Under the pieces are notes generated by a model. That model saw only the letters and a list, made by a program, of their open reading frames with translations. It searched no databases and had not been told where the DNA came from. A stretch of DNA of 64,000 bases from Lingula anatina (Eukaryota > Animalia > Brachiopoda): the NCBI GenBank assembly GCA_051362555.1, contig CM120644.1:15708534-15772533 (forward strand), read 5' to 3'. How positions within the stretch are numbered: the first letter of the stretch is position 1; every line of letters starts with the position of its first letter. The position numbers were made by a program, and so were the translations under genes. Shown one piece after another: positions 1 through 12,352 of this stretch.

Positions 1-497
1 GACCGATACTGTACAGAGAGCTAAGGCAAAAACGGATTATTGGCCGTAATAAATTGATTATATATTTACAGGCAAAATTTGCATTTTCCATATCTAAACT
101 ACTAGAACAGTAATAAATGTATTCACAAGCAAAATTGGCAATCACCACATCCAAGCCATAGCGATAAATCTCAAGCGTGTGATATGGATATTAGTTAATC
201 GCACGTTACATATAGCCTCATATATTACGTCTGTCCATGTATGTGTTTCATTGCCACCTGTATGGAGTGAAAAATACACTGAATTCTGTGCAAAAAGAGC
301 ATTGCTCTGGGAAATATTACACACTCAGAATTATCTATTTATTAGTCAGTCTGGTGTATCATTTTAGGAAGACATGTTATCTCCTTCGGTGTGAATATCT
401 TTATCTTGAGGACACGTGTTGTTTTGTAATGTAATTAATTAGTGTAGATAAACAGTCCATGGAGCTCGCCTTTTCTCTTCCGTTGGCATCTTTTCAA

Positions 498-1904
498 CTA
501 TTTCAATATTTTCTCGTCTCCTCCTGCCATCTTCATCCATGCGACGGTCAGCTCAGCGTATTGCTTGGCGTTGGCATCACTAACCCTGTTAGTGTAGTAG
601 TCAAGGTTGTAGCAGAATCGACCGCGGAATTTGTGCAGGAAGTGCAGAAATGGGTAAGGGTATCTATGCCCTGCGGCGGATGTGACAATCCTCGTAGCGT
701 GAACTTCGTCGTCTTTTCCACCAGGAGGACATAACTTGTCGCAATCTCCAATATTTGACGTTAGAAATTCCATTGTACAGTCTGAAGTTGCTAAAATCCG
801 TTTTAAGTTTAGGCCAAGATAATCCCAAAGTTTACAAACCTGTATAATATCGCCATTGTGAAGTTTGGAGTGAATAATCTCGGTTGCTTTTTTGGCAAAT
901 ATCCAGAAGGCACTGTATGTGAAAGCTGTTGAAGTTGCTAATTTAACATCGAGTACGGAAATTAAAGTTCCAAGGGCAGTGCGCAATTCGGGGGCCAGAA
1001 AACGTCGCATATTTACAGCGTGGGCAGAAGCAATGTTAAACTCACGCGGTGTTTTCCCATCATATAGCAAATTGGCCATGGCCATGGATGCAGCAGCAAA
1101 GAAGGCGCCGTGGACAGTCGTCCCATGATCCTTACACTTCGCTATGAATCTCTCCGTATCTTGAACCGAGAATTCAACTGCCACTGTTTTGGTATACGCA
1201 ACAGTTATTTCAGGCGGTGGCGGATATCGCGACATATATAAACTCTTGCTTGGGAACCATTCTGTAAACTTTGATTTTACCACTTGGAGGTAATCTCGCC
1301 AAGTGAAAGACATCACATCACGTGGCAAAAGATCTTCCAAAGCCGGTTGAAGTACTACATCATCGCCATCTTCGCAAGGAACGCACGACATGACAAAGTT
1401 TAGGATATTGATTAGCATGCGTAATATGAAGAGATTAGACGTTCCATCCAGAATAGAGTGATGGACCCCAAACACAACTGCGCTGGTGAAGCTGTTGCTT
1501 TCATTTGAGATATCATTATCTGCTGCTAAACTATCACATCTTTCAGGCATTTGCGCGACTTTGACTCTCCAAAGTGGACCATTGGTGGTGTCAAACATCA
1601 CGCGCATCACATCCTCGTGGACCTTCTCCCATCCATCTTTTGACATCAAATTTATCATCTCAAAGTCTATTTTAGGGGTGTCCATATACTTAAAGTGCCT
1701 CTTCCCTTCGTGCCAAACTATGGCCAGTCGAAGATGTGGGATCTGTCGTTGCAGTTGAACGAAACATTGCTCCCACACATTCTCTGCTATCAACCTTTTC
1801 GATTTAATCCACGTGGTAAACGCAACTTTGGAAACATTAGCTTTGTCTAGGATCGCAAAACTGTTTTCAACTTCTCTCAGTGGGCGAATAACGTTGTTGG
1901 CCAT
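498..1904 (-). CDS. Stand-alone condensation-domain/CoA-dependent acyltransferase-like protein, copy 1 (468 aa, single coding exon)
   Basis: HHSILDG (HHxxxDG) motif, N-terminal RPLxxxE, GPLWRV, TVHGAFFAAA, VNMRRFL. The ATG at 1904 is shared with paralogs; the ORF-track start at 1991 is a TTG upstream of a CTGCAG splice acceptor near 1951. Confidence 0.85.
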   Translation of the reverse strand: MANNVIRPLREVENSFAILDKANVSKVAFTTWIKSKRLIAENVWEQCFVQLQRQIPHLRLAIVWHEGKRHFKYMDTPKIDFEMINLMSKDGWEKVHEDVMRVMFDTTNGPLWRVKVAQMPERCDSLAADNDISNESNSFTSAVVFGVHHSILDGTSNLFILRMLINILNFVMSCVPCEDGDDVVLQPALEDLLPRDVMSFTWRDYLQVVKSKFTEWFPSKSLYMSRYPPPPEITVAYTKTVAVEFSVQDTERFIAKCKDHGTTVHGAFFAAASMAMANLLYDGKTPREFNIASAHAVNMRRFLAPELRTALGTLISVLDVKLATSTAFTYSAFWIFAKKATEIIHSKLHNGDIIQVCKLWDYLGLNLKRILATSDCTMEFLTSNIGDCDKLCPPGGKDDEVHATRIVTSAAGHRYPYPFLHFLHKFRGRFCYNLDYYTNRVSDANAKQYAELTVAWMKMAGGDEKILK

Positions 1905-2955
1905 CAAGAACTTGGGGTCTGAGCTACCAGGATGAAAGGGGCCGCCTGCTGCAGGTTTAATAAAAGTAGGCTTAATAGAACTATTTAACAAAAGAAGAAA
2001 TAAGAAAGCCGTTATTAGGAATAGACAAGGGAGATGTATGAGGCAATGTTATATACGACTTGCATTATTCGAAAGGTGCGATGTGCGCATGACCGGAATT
2101 GTGCACTGCAGGGGTCAAAATGGTACCGGAAGCGTTCCTGACAGCGATAGGAACACATGATGGAAGCATAAGACGTGCCGTGGGCGATATTAAACAAGCC
2201 ATTTGAGGCGACAACGGTGCCGAAGTTGAAACGTTGGTTAAAATGTAGGATGCCCACACATCAGGCAAAAAAGAAGAGCTGATAAAAAGGTATGTTACAC
2301 GATATTTTCTTAAATACAAGACCAAATACAAAACCCTAATGTGGTCATTATGTAATTATGTTCACCTGAGTCATTTATTGGGGAGATAAATTTGTCACCT
2401 GGTTCAGGCAATTATCTGATACAATCTCCGAGGTGGGCTAGTGCACTGTACAGGTAATTAGTACAAGCTCAACGTCAATATCAGTGCATTTATCTTTGTT
2501 TTCACTTCATTATCTTTCTGTTGTGTATCCAGGTAGATTTCGGTTAAAAAAAATATGACTAGTCAATTTTCTGTTTTGTCATCAGTCTAATATGTATGTA
2601 TGTAAATAAATCACTGTTATAGATGTGTTGATGATGACTTTAATAATTATTTTCATGGCTATTTTTTACTTGTTTTATAGGTGTAAACTGTACAGTGAGG
2701 AGAGAGAGAGAGAAACAAAATATTGGATCCAGACGGCAGAGAAAATTAGAAGTAGGCCTACCAGATTGAAGTTTGAATCAAGACAGTGGAGAATGGACCA
2801 AGTCCTTGAAGGGAATGCCCAACCCTTTTTTTTTTTTTTTTTTTTGTATTATTTACCTATTAATAAATACAATTCAATATTTCGTTTCACAATTTTATTT
2901 TGCATAATAAAACCAATGATGGAAATATCTTTCCAAGGTACCTTACGATATTTCA

Positions 2956-3120
2956 CAGTACCGTAGCCAGGGGGTTCGGGGGTTCGAAAGTACCGCCCCA
3001 TTTGCTGGGAAAAGGTCCACTCTGGGTAAAATTTGATCTAGATACATGAAGTTTTTATGAGAAAAGTTCCACTTTTTCAGAACAAGAACCCCCCTTTTGA
3101 AATTGCTGCCTACGGGTCTG
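2956..3120. mobile_element. ~165-bp MITE with 5-bp TSD (TTTCA), nested in the THAP element
   Basis: Ends CAGTACCGTAGCCAG ... GCCTACGGGTCTG, TTTCA on both sides; inverted homologous copy at 44897-45082. Confidence 0.7.
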
Positions 3121-3399
3121 TTTCATGTTTTAAAATGCAATGTTTTAAACATTTTCTAGATATGTTCAAGTGCATTGTGATAATAAAAATGAGATATTTG
3201 GTAAAATTGTTCTCTTTTTAGTTATTTGCATAAGTAATATACGATTCAATACTCCTTCACAGTCAGGTTTATACCTGGTTTTAGTTTTACTCAGGTCTAA
3301 GCAATGGCGATAACAATACTCTAAAACCAAAGTAAAACTAAAACCAGCTTTAACCTTGCTGTGAAATCAAACCAAAGTTTCACATGACAGTTTTCATGC

Positions 3400-4192
3400 C
3401 ATTTTTTTATACTTAGTAATGTCAGGGTATAAAAAGTCATGAAAATTTTAAATTCCTCGTAGGTTTCAAGACCGATGTAAAATTTAACCATTTCAGGTTT
3501 GTTGTGCATAGACTTTATGCTGAAAGTGTGTTTGTCAACTTCCTCATGTTCTTTGAACAGTTGTTCCAGCATTTTATGTACTTTTTCTCTGTCACACTAT
3601 TTCTTTATGCATCTTTTTTTTTTCTTTTTTCTTTTTTTTTTTTTTTTTTTTTGCTCGTTGTAATTCCACTCTTGTTTCCGAAAATTCAATTTCTAAAGAT
3701 CGGATTTTCTGTTCCTTACTGAAAATAATATGTTGTTTTTCCTTAACTGTCGTTAAAAGCGCCTCTGAGCCTGCATCTGATACAATGCAGTTGGCATCGT
3801 GGTCTGTATTTGAGAAGCCATTTTCGTCCTCGCTGTTCAACTTCCCACTTGCCACCAGGTTCACTAAAATTTGTCTCAGAGTTATCAACAGTTAAATGTC
3901 TAATAAATTTTCTTCGGGGCTTACAAATCTTCGATTCCTTGAGTGGAAATATAGTTGGTCTACCACCCAAATACGATTTATTCCCTCCTTTAAAATAAGC
4001 ACTACACACACGGTGATGCTTGGCGGGCTCGAACTTACTAAATGTGCCTTCATTTCCCGCTCGTCCAATATTGTCAATCCATATACCTCTCTTTTTTGGG
4101 TCCTTGGGGAAAGCATAAAATGAAAAATTTCGATCTCGCTTCGTATTGTTGAAACAAACAGGCACAAAACACATGGAAACGCCGAGAGGCAT
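3400..4192 (-). pseudogene. Frameshifted THAP-domain transposase remnant
   Basis: CFVPVCFN...FYAFPKD...W...RVCSAYF is a THAP signature with the zinc-ligand His replaced by Tyr. A coiled coil and a KFYIGLETYEEF segment follow in other frames; no DDE core is seen. Confidence 0.7.
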
Positions 4193-4637
4193 TTTATTTC
4201 TGTGTACAGAAATGGCGGCAACGCAAGATAGGTCCCACTTTACCCACAATGCATTGCGCTCAAAATCGAAAACGAGACGAATAATGCAAGTCGTATATAG
4301 AAATGAATGATTATCAAATTATTGTGAAAAGACCGGTATGTAGTGAAATAAACTTAATGAATAAGCGTTCCTTAATAAATCCTTTCATATCACTGTCCTA
4401 CGTGCATATAAGACAGTTAATTTTACAAATTTGTATAAAACATACATAGTGGATGACCGAAATAGCTCATTCCTCATGGGATTTCATAACGTAAATTGTA
4501 CTACCAAAGAAACCTAACTGATGTGGTTTTATATAGCGAAAGTTCGTCTTTCTACCTGTGAGAACAAAACAAGACGATATGTATCTGTCGTTCAAGCCCA
4601 TGATACTTCGGTCTTTGAATAAATTTCGAGACTTTAA

Positions 4638-5669
4638 CCCTCAAGTGACCGTGTGAGGTTATTAACGACCCCAGCCATATTATTTAATGTGCCATCTCTT
4701 TATTCTTTATCCGAATTTTCTTTCCTAGTTTGAGTTTGTCAGTCTACTAATCCTACACACTTCCACATTTTTTTGCAGGGATCAACCAATGAGTTTGGCG
4801 TATACATCACAAACACATGTGGGGTCATTTATAACCCCGAAGAGAAGCGTTGGTTTTTAAACATTGTTTTTTTAAGTGTTATTCAAATGTTCCACTTCTT
4901 ATCAGTACTTTTATATTGTATTGCAGTGCACCATGTGCTTCATGCAACCAGCCAGTGTGTCTAGAACATAGCCATAAACAAGTGCTTTGGGAAGATTGTG
5001 CTTGAAATGTTACTAATTGTACATCGCTGAATCTAATTTCAGTAGCTTTGTTGGAACTTGCTTTCATAACTGGGTCTCTCATTTTGACTGTTACAATTTT
5101 CAGGTATTTCAGTAAAGAATTTTGTCGATATCATATGACACATATACAAACAAGATGTTTGTGTGGTTTTTGTTTTATACACAGGTGTGGTAGTAACATA
5201 GGTTCATTGAATGTGTTTTGAGTAGGATGACTTCCTTACCAGTATTAGCGTATTCCCTAGTCAGCAAGTCAGCTTATTATTTTTTATTGATGTTGGCAGG
5301 ATGCTAGCTCAACATAAGCCATTTTTTTTTTACTTAAATGTATTTTCTTTGATGTGCATTTTCATTTAGTGTGGCCAAAAAAGAAAAAAAATATTTTGCA
5401 AGTGGGAACTGACAAGGGTTGTCTAAATAATGTTGTAATGTCGTTCTTAAAATCTGTGTTTAGTTATTTCTTGCAATAAAAGTATTTTTACCAAATACTT
5501 ATTACATAAGATCATTATAAAATACCTGTCTTAAATGCTGGAAGTTGTATAGGTGTGATAAACCCCCAACCAGCCTTTTATAATAAGGATCCATGTAGAG
5601 AGTCTAATGGGGTTATAGATGACCCCACTTGGTCATTTCAGTCAGTAAAATAGCTCGGTCTCTTGAGGG
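4638..5669. mobile_element. Non-autonomous piggyBac-type element (~1.03 kb)
   Basis: TTAA-CCCTCAAGTGACC ... GGTCTCTTGAGGG-TTAA; the paralog carries a single TTAA at ~14072-14075 (CGAGTCTTTAATACACCAACT). Confidence 0.8.
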
Positions 5670-5693
5670 TTAATGCACCAACTTTTTTTTTAT

Positions 5694-5695
<2 letters not shown>

Positions 5696-5728
<33 letters not shown>
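5696..5728. repeat. (TG)n microsatellite
   Basis: Direct reading. Confidence 0.9.
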
Positions 5729-5730
<2 letters not shown>

Positions 5731-5859
5731 TTCTGAAATGTATATGTAGCAAAATGGATCAATCTAACCCCCGTAATAAAATCACATACACGAACATTAA
5801 TTTCTTTTATAACCTCTCTTAATGACAAAACCCTCTGAATGTACAGTACAAGTACTTAC

Positions 5860-5925
5860 CTGTTAATGTGCGATGGCGCATTCAGCTTCTTACCTTGCGT
5901 AATCACCAGACAGAGAGAGCCAGAC
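5860..5925 (-). other. Probable upstream (5') exon of acyltransferase copy 1; 5' boundary approximate
   Basis: Minus-strand ACAG|GTAAGTA donor at 5860/5859, conserved in the copy-3 paralog at 14194/14193. Here it could add MRHRTLTAGGPFHPGSSDPKFL in frame, but the paralog has ACG at that ATG, so it is probably UTR. Confidence 0.5.
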
Positions 5926-7002
5926 GTAATATTAAAAATACGCATAGCCTTGACCCATTTCATATTCATTTCCCACCGATTTAGTATTTCCTTATACAGG
6001 TACTCGTGATAACTGAAGACAGGGATACAGTGCATGCTATGAATACTAGTAGGCCTAGATTCTTAGACACAATTTTTTAAAATCTGTTTTTAAAGCTCTA
6101 CCTTAAACATTTAAATATCAACTCGGGGATGGTGCAACCTGAAGTGCATGTACACCGAAAAGAAAATGTGAACTTCTAAGTATACCTATAATAATATTCT
6201 TTATTAATGTCTGTCCACATGGTTTTCTTAGTTTCATTCACATGTACCAATATAATCCAGACCGCCCCTTTGTTTGTTATCCTACAAATATTGAGTTTGA
6301 GGATTCATTTCCAATAAAACTATCAGTCTTTGTAGATCGATCTAATGCACAGGGACTCGCGCTAATTTCAATGAGATTAACAGACTAGCACGCCTACTCT
6401 TGTTTCTGACGTGCTCGTATAAATAGCAACAGTTACTAAGAAGTTGGATCGATTTACGTATAGAACAGTAGTTTTATTGGCAAAGAGACCTCAAATATAA
6501 TCAACGGTATTTCAGAGAGAAAAAGTGCTTGTAACCAGATTTGAAATATTTACGTAAACAGACCTGAAAAAAAAAGTAATTTAGCTTTTTGCGTGGTCAT
6601 TATTTTTTGCGTAGGATCATAACACCGACGTACGTAAACTTTTTTTAGTTCTCTGTTTCAATAAAATTTCTCAATGTATGTTCATGTAACATCCGTTATG
6701 GTTTGTGTTAGAACGACAGAACGTACCGCTGTATTACTTGATGCTTCCTGGTATATAAAATTCAGAAATGTTATTTTTGACGATTCAATAAATTGTGCTG
6801 CAACTTTTGGTGGTTTATTAAGGTTATGCACTTTTGGATGGTGTTCTGAGACAGAGAAAGAGGATTATCGTCATTAATCAAGAGAACACAGCGCTTTAAT
6901 TGTTATCGTACCGTTTTTAATCCAATACCAGAGCCGCAGGTTGATTACGTGCTCTTTCCTCGCCACGAAAGAGAAATGTGTCGTAAATAACCAAAAGGTT
7001 AA

Positions 7003-7333
7003 AGGAATAATAACTCTTCGTATGGGATCTATTTTTCACAATAATAACATTGTGAATACAACTCATAGAAATATAATATATACTGTTTTACCACAAAATC
7101 GGCAGTAATAGCTACTATTCTGATATCTAAGCTTGTCTTTAGACCACGTGACCTCCATTGATGGCTATACTCTGTTATAATCTCTTAAGAGATTAGAAAA
7201 AAAAATAGAAAAAAAAAACAGGGACTAACTTTGAACGTAAAAGTGAATTCAATAACAATAGGTAAGTATTAGAAAATTGTTGTTTACTCCAGGAAAATTC
7301 ATTTTTTGGCCAAAATGAAGAATTATTATCCCT
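7003..7333. mobile_element. Non-autonomous Kolobok-type element (TTAA TSD)
   Basis: TTAA-AGGAATAATAACTCTTC ... GAAGAATTATTATCCCT-TTAA; close second copy at 34032-34371. Confidence 0.75.
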
Positions 7334-8012
7334 TTAATCTGTTTTATCTAATTAAAATTCAACTGTGGCCATGGTAGAGGGAGCCTTTTTTACTTACATG
7401 TGCGAGAGGGTATTTATGCACGTAATCATCAATTTGCATGTAAAAGTGACATTTCCCATATCCAAACAAAAGTAATGAACCTCGAGAGTACGATATACCT
7501 GTAGATTCTCGTATATAAAGTGCGCGGTACATATACATGTAGTCAGGGAATTCCCTGATATAGTCTTGTGCATACAGTCGTCCGTGTGTGTGTGTGTTTA
7601 ATATACACCTGCATTTTATATGTAGTGAAGAACTCTACTAAATACTATTTATATCAATTGCATTGGTATGCTGATATTTAAGGTCCCCTAAATACACTCA
7701 GAAATGTTGATATGTAAATTTACATGTAGCCGCAGTTTATTTCAGTTAGGAAGGCATGTTAATGTACGTGCGCTCTTTAAGAGTGGATATATTTAAACGT
7801 GAGGGTTGCATTTATATGGTATATGTACATGAAATTACTTCTAATTTTTTTAGGTTAGTGTAGATAAACAGTCTTAGAAATTCTTGTTATTGATTCTTCC
7901 CGCACTGTTGTGCGCTGACTGTCATTTTACACAGCATCGCATGTTGCCTTTTGTATATTCTAAGGCTTTTTCTTCTTGTGCCATCTTTCCGACTATCACA
8001 CTGCCTTCCAAT

Positions 8013-9410
8013 TTAATTTCCTGCTGCCATCTTCATCAACTCCACCGTCAGCTCAGAGTATCTCTTGGCGTTCGTGTCACTAATCCTATTGGTGTAGTAG
8101 TCAAGGTTGTAGCAGAATCGACCGCGGAATTTGTGCAAGTAGTGCAGGAATGGCTTAGGATGCCTATGTCCTGCGTCGGATGTGACAATTCTCGTAGCGT
8201 GAACCTCGCCATCTCTTTCGCCAGGAGGGCATAACTTGTCACAATCACCAATATTGGAAATTCCAAATTCCAATGAACATTCTGGAGAAGCTAAGGACCG
8301 TCTGACGTTGTCTTCACCAAGGTAACCCCAAAGTTTACAAAACTGTATAATATCCCCGTTGTTCAGCTTGTCGTGGATAACTTCAGTTGCCTTTTTGGCA
8401 AAGATCCAGAACCCGCTGCGAGTGGAGTCGGTTGGGGTAGTTAACGTGACCACGGGTACGCAAACTAAAACCCCAACTGCAGTGCTTAATTCAGGGTCGA
8501 GGAAGCGTCGCATATTTACCGCTTGCGAAGAAGCAATATTAAACGAGCGCGGTGGCTTACCATCATTTAGCAGACTGGCCATGGCCATGGATGCAGCAGC
8601 AAAGAAGGCGCCATGGACAGTTGTCCCATAATCCTTACACTTCGCTCTGAATCTCTCCGTTTCTTGAACCGAGAATTCAACTGCCACTGTTTTGGTATAT
8701 GTATCAGATACTGCAGGTGGTGGCGGATATCGTGACATATACAGACTCTTTCTTGGAAACCAATCCGTAAACTTTGATATTGCCATTTGAATGTAATCTC
8801 GCCAAGTGAAAGACATCACATCTCGTGGCAAAAGATCTTCCAAAGCCGGCTGAAGTACTACATCATCGCCATCATCGTAAGGTACGCCCGACATGACAGC
8901 GTTTATGATGTGAAGAAGCCTACTTAACACGAATAGATTGGACGTCCCATCAAGGATAGAGTGATGGACCCCAAACACGACTACGCTGGTGAAGCTGTTG
9001 CTTTCATTTGAGATACCATTCCCTGTTGTTGAACCATCGCCTACTTCAGGCATTCGCGCTATATTGACTCTCCAAAGTGGACCATTGGTGGTGTCAAACA
9101 TCACGCGCATCACATCCTCGTGGACCTTCTCCCATCCATCTTTTGACATCAAATTAGTCATCTCTAAGTCTACCCGAGGGGTGTCCATATACTTGAAGTA
9201 CCTTTTCCCTTCGTGCCAAACTATGGTCAGGCGAAGATGTGGAATCTCTTGTAGCAGTTGCTCGAAACACTTTCTCCACTCATCATCTATTATCAGCCTT
9301 TTTGAGTCAATCCATGTGGTAAAAACAACTGTAGCGACACCAGCCACGTCGTGCATAATCGCATATACGTTTTCAACTTCCCTTAGTGGGCGAAGAAAGT
9401 TATTTGCCAT
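8013..9410 (-). CDS. HHxxxDG acyltransferase-like protein, copy 2 (465 aa)
   Basis: HHSILDG motif, full-length collinear with copy 1; start MANNFLRPL at 9410 (the track start at 9425 is TTG). Confidence 0.85.
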   Translation of the reverse strand: MANNFLRPLREVENVYAIMHDVAGVATVVFTTWIDSKRLIIDDEWRKCFEQLLQEIPHLRLTIVWHEGKRYFKYMDTPRVDLEMTNLMSKDGWEKVHEDVMRVMFDTTNGPLWRVNIARMPEVGDGSTTGNGISNESNSFTSVVVFGVHHSILDGTSNLFVLSRLLHIINAVMSGVPYDDGDDVVLQPALEDLLPRDVMSFTWRDYIQMAISKFTDWFPRKSLYMSRYPPPPAVSDTYTKTVAVEFSVQETERFRAKCKDYGTTVHGAFFAAASMAMASLLNDGKPPRSFNIASSQAVNMRRFLDPELSTAVGVLVCVPVVTLTTPTDSTRSGFWIFAKKATEVIHDKLNNGDIIQFCKLWGYLGEDNVRRSLASPECSLEFGISNIGDCDKLCPPGERDGEVHATRIVTSDAGHRHPKPFLHYLHKFRGRFCYNLDYYTNRISDTNAKRYSELTVELMKMAAGN

Positions 9411-10719
9411 CAGGGACGTCTTCAAGTGCTGTGTGAGGAAAAAAGTGTCTGAGGAGGTCTGATGGAAGAGGTCGCTTGCTACAGGTTTAAAATGAAAATA
9501 AACAGGTTTTATGTTCTAAATGGGCCTGAACTCTTCCTTTGTTTGGTCGTTTTGTGCATTAAAATGGTCTCATTAAGAGTTTTGTGGCTTTTTAAACGAT
9601 AAAGAATCGTTTGAAATGGCACATTCTGCTTCATATGTCATTTATATGAGTAGATCGCACTACGAATAACACCAATATGTGCCTGGTATGCATTTACCCG
9701 GTGAATTTTTAGCATGATGAAAACAAGTTGATATTTTATCTGTCGCTGATAGTCTGGTGGGAAGGAGGGGTTCACGTGCCACCACGTGAAAAACAATGAA
9801 AACCTATTTTTTTTTTAATCCTTGATATGTAAATTTTTTATTTCTAGATGTTCCCAGAGCGAAAAAAATGTTCCATGGGGGTTAAATTTAATTATATGTT
9901 ACACCCTGTGACTAAAGCAAGCACATTAAAAAATGGGGGTAGGGGGAGAATTTCATCTATAACTTGCAATTTAGGTAAGATCTGACAATGGTTTATAATC
10001 ATTGTATAGCTAAGATATAACTCTAAACATGGAGGTTATAAAAGTAATGTAACACTGAATTGCGTGGAAGTGAAATGGGGTCAAAGGTCAAATGATGTCA
10101 AATTTGAGAATTTTTATAGAAAAATAAAGTATTAAAGTTTACTTATAGAGGGAATGTGAGCCAATAGCATGTTTTTATGAAGTGTACGTGACTTGAGTTT
10201 TAGAATAAAAGTTTAATCAAAAACTGACCTGCATTATGATTATAAGGCCATCTGTAAGTTTAGTTTGTTTTCTTTTAAACCAGTAAACAAATGTGAAATT
10301 TATTCTGTAGACACATCACATGCACGTTGACTGTTTTTTGGCACGGCAGGATGCGAGATCCCCTGAAACTGTTTTATAATGTTACGTTATTTATATAAAT
10401 GTGCGATTCAATGTCACAGCCGTTTGTATGTAGGTCCAGCATTCAATTTATCCGCGAACGGTGCCTGCAGTTAATTTGTAAATAGTAAGTCATAGCAGTT
10501 TATACGTACGGTTGTATGTTGTACTTGACATGAACAACAAAAGAGAGCATTGTGTCTTCTTTCACTTTAAGACTCTTTTCATGATAGTTCAGTTAATACA
10601 GGACATCCAAATGTATATTATTGAATTACACGTGAGACACTTTCTAATCAAAATCTAGTTAAAACTATTTCACACTAATTATTCGGCAGACTCACTTGAA
10701 AGGGTGCCGATATTTTATT

Positions 10720-10725
<6 letters not shown>

Positions 10726-10765
<40 letters not shown>
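10726..10765. repeat. Poly-C tract (~40 nt)
   Basis: Direct reading. Confidence 0.85.
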
Positions 10766-12352
10766 CTAGGACGACGTGCTTGGGAGTCGGAAATCCATTG
10801 TCAAGTTTGAGCTTTATTTGATCCACGGATCATTTAATCCTCGGATCAACTGGTTGTGAATGCGGAAATAGTCAAAGGCTTTCTAAGTAATTATAGCGGG
10901 TGACAATATCTTGTTTTCAACTCAAGGACCAGGCCTAAAGCATATAGAAACCTCTTCAGGAGTCATGTGATTGGGAGCCACGTGTTTATCCTGGGATCCA
11001 CCGCACAACAGATAGTCACCCCAAATTTCGAAGGACGCCAACCGATATAGAATCTAATCCAAAATCAAAACCTGACATTTTTCAAGGGCACACGTGCTTA
11101 TGGTGTACTTTATGAGGCACTCAAAGGACTCCGGTTGTTGCTCATCTATTATCAAACCCTGACGGCGTGCGTGGGAGTCGGGGATCCATTGTCAAGTTCG
11201 TGTTATATTTGATCCACGGATCATTTAACCCTCGGATCAACTGTGAATGTGTTGTGAATGCGGCCATAGTCAACGGCTTTTTTTCTGTTATATATCTGGT
11301 TCATAACTCAAGGACCAAGCATAAAGAACATAGTAACTTCTTCCGGAGGTATGTGATTGGGCTAAGAAAGAATGCGTTAGCAGCCGTTGAAAATAGATGA
11401 AGTTCAATTATTAAGTCCTCAGTGATGCCTAAATAGAAAGCATTTATTTTGCATCTAAATATGTCCCAGTTAAAAAAAAGACAAAAAGATAGAATAAAAA
11501 CAGGTAATTTAACCTATTTGCGTGGTTATTATTTTTTTTCATGTCTATTCGGCATTGACTTCGTGAAAAAAAACACCATCAGATGTAAATTATAAAATTT
11601 TTAATTCTCTGTTACCATTGAATTTCTAAAAAAAAAATCAAATTTACTTGTATAACAGTCGCAATAACATCCTGTATATATAGTTTGCGTTAAAACGACA
11701 ACACGCATTACTTGCTTGCATAGTAGTAAAAGAATTCAGAAAAGTTTGTCATTGTTGACGATTCAATAAAATGTGTAGTAATATTATGACCTTTTTTTCT
11801 GTTACATACTTTTGGATCGATACTGTTCAGAGAGCTAGGGTGAAAAGGGATTATCAGCCGTAATCGTGGTTCAATAACTTGATCATATATGTACAGGCAA
11901 AATTGGCATATCCCATATCTAAACTATATAGAAATAAATACATGTATATTCACAAGCAAAATTAGCATTCGCCACATCCAAGCTATAGTAATAAATTTCA
12001 AGCGTGTGATATGGATACTAGTCAATTGAGCCTTACATATAGGCTCCTATATAAAGTCTGTTCGTGTATGTATTTAATCGCCACCTGTTTGGAGTGAAAA
12101 ATCCACTGAATACTACGCGCCGATTGCATTGCTCTGGGATATTTCCCGCTCAGACTTACTTTTATGTTGCCAGTCTGGTGTATAAATTTGGGAAGAAATG
12201 TTCTCTCCTTCGGTGTGAATATCTTTATCTTGCGGACACGTGTTGTTTTGTAATGCAATTAATTAGTGTAGATAAACAGTCCATGGAGCTCGCCTTATTG
12301 ATTCCTTTCTCACCGTATTCTAAGATTTTCTCTTCCGTTGGCATCTTTTCAA

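Larger units (their letters stand above)
2053..4296. mobile_element. Degenerate THAP-encoding DNA transposon (ISL2EU/PIF-Harbinger-like) in inferred intron 1 of acyltransferase copy 1
   Basis: TIR ATACGACTTGCATTATTCG / CGAATAATGCAAGTCGTAT. The paralogous locus at ~13901-13920 (AGGCAATGTTATAGAAATGA) is the empty site. The TSD reads as AT or TATA (partition ambiguous). Confidence 0.8.

Noticed and set aside
459-1758. Conserved antisense and alternate-frame ORFs recurring over each acyltransferase, FUT and EF-hand gene
   Set aside because: They are shadows of the duplicated real genes, with no independent motifs.
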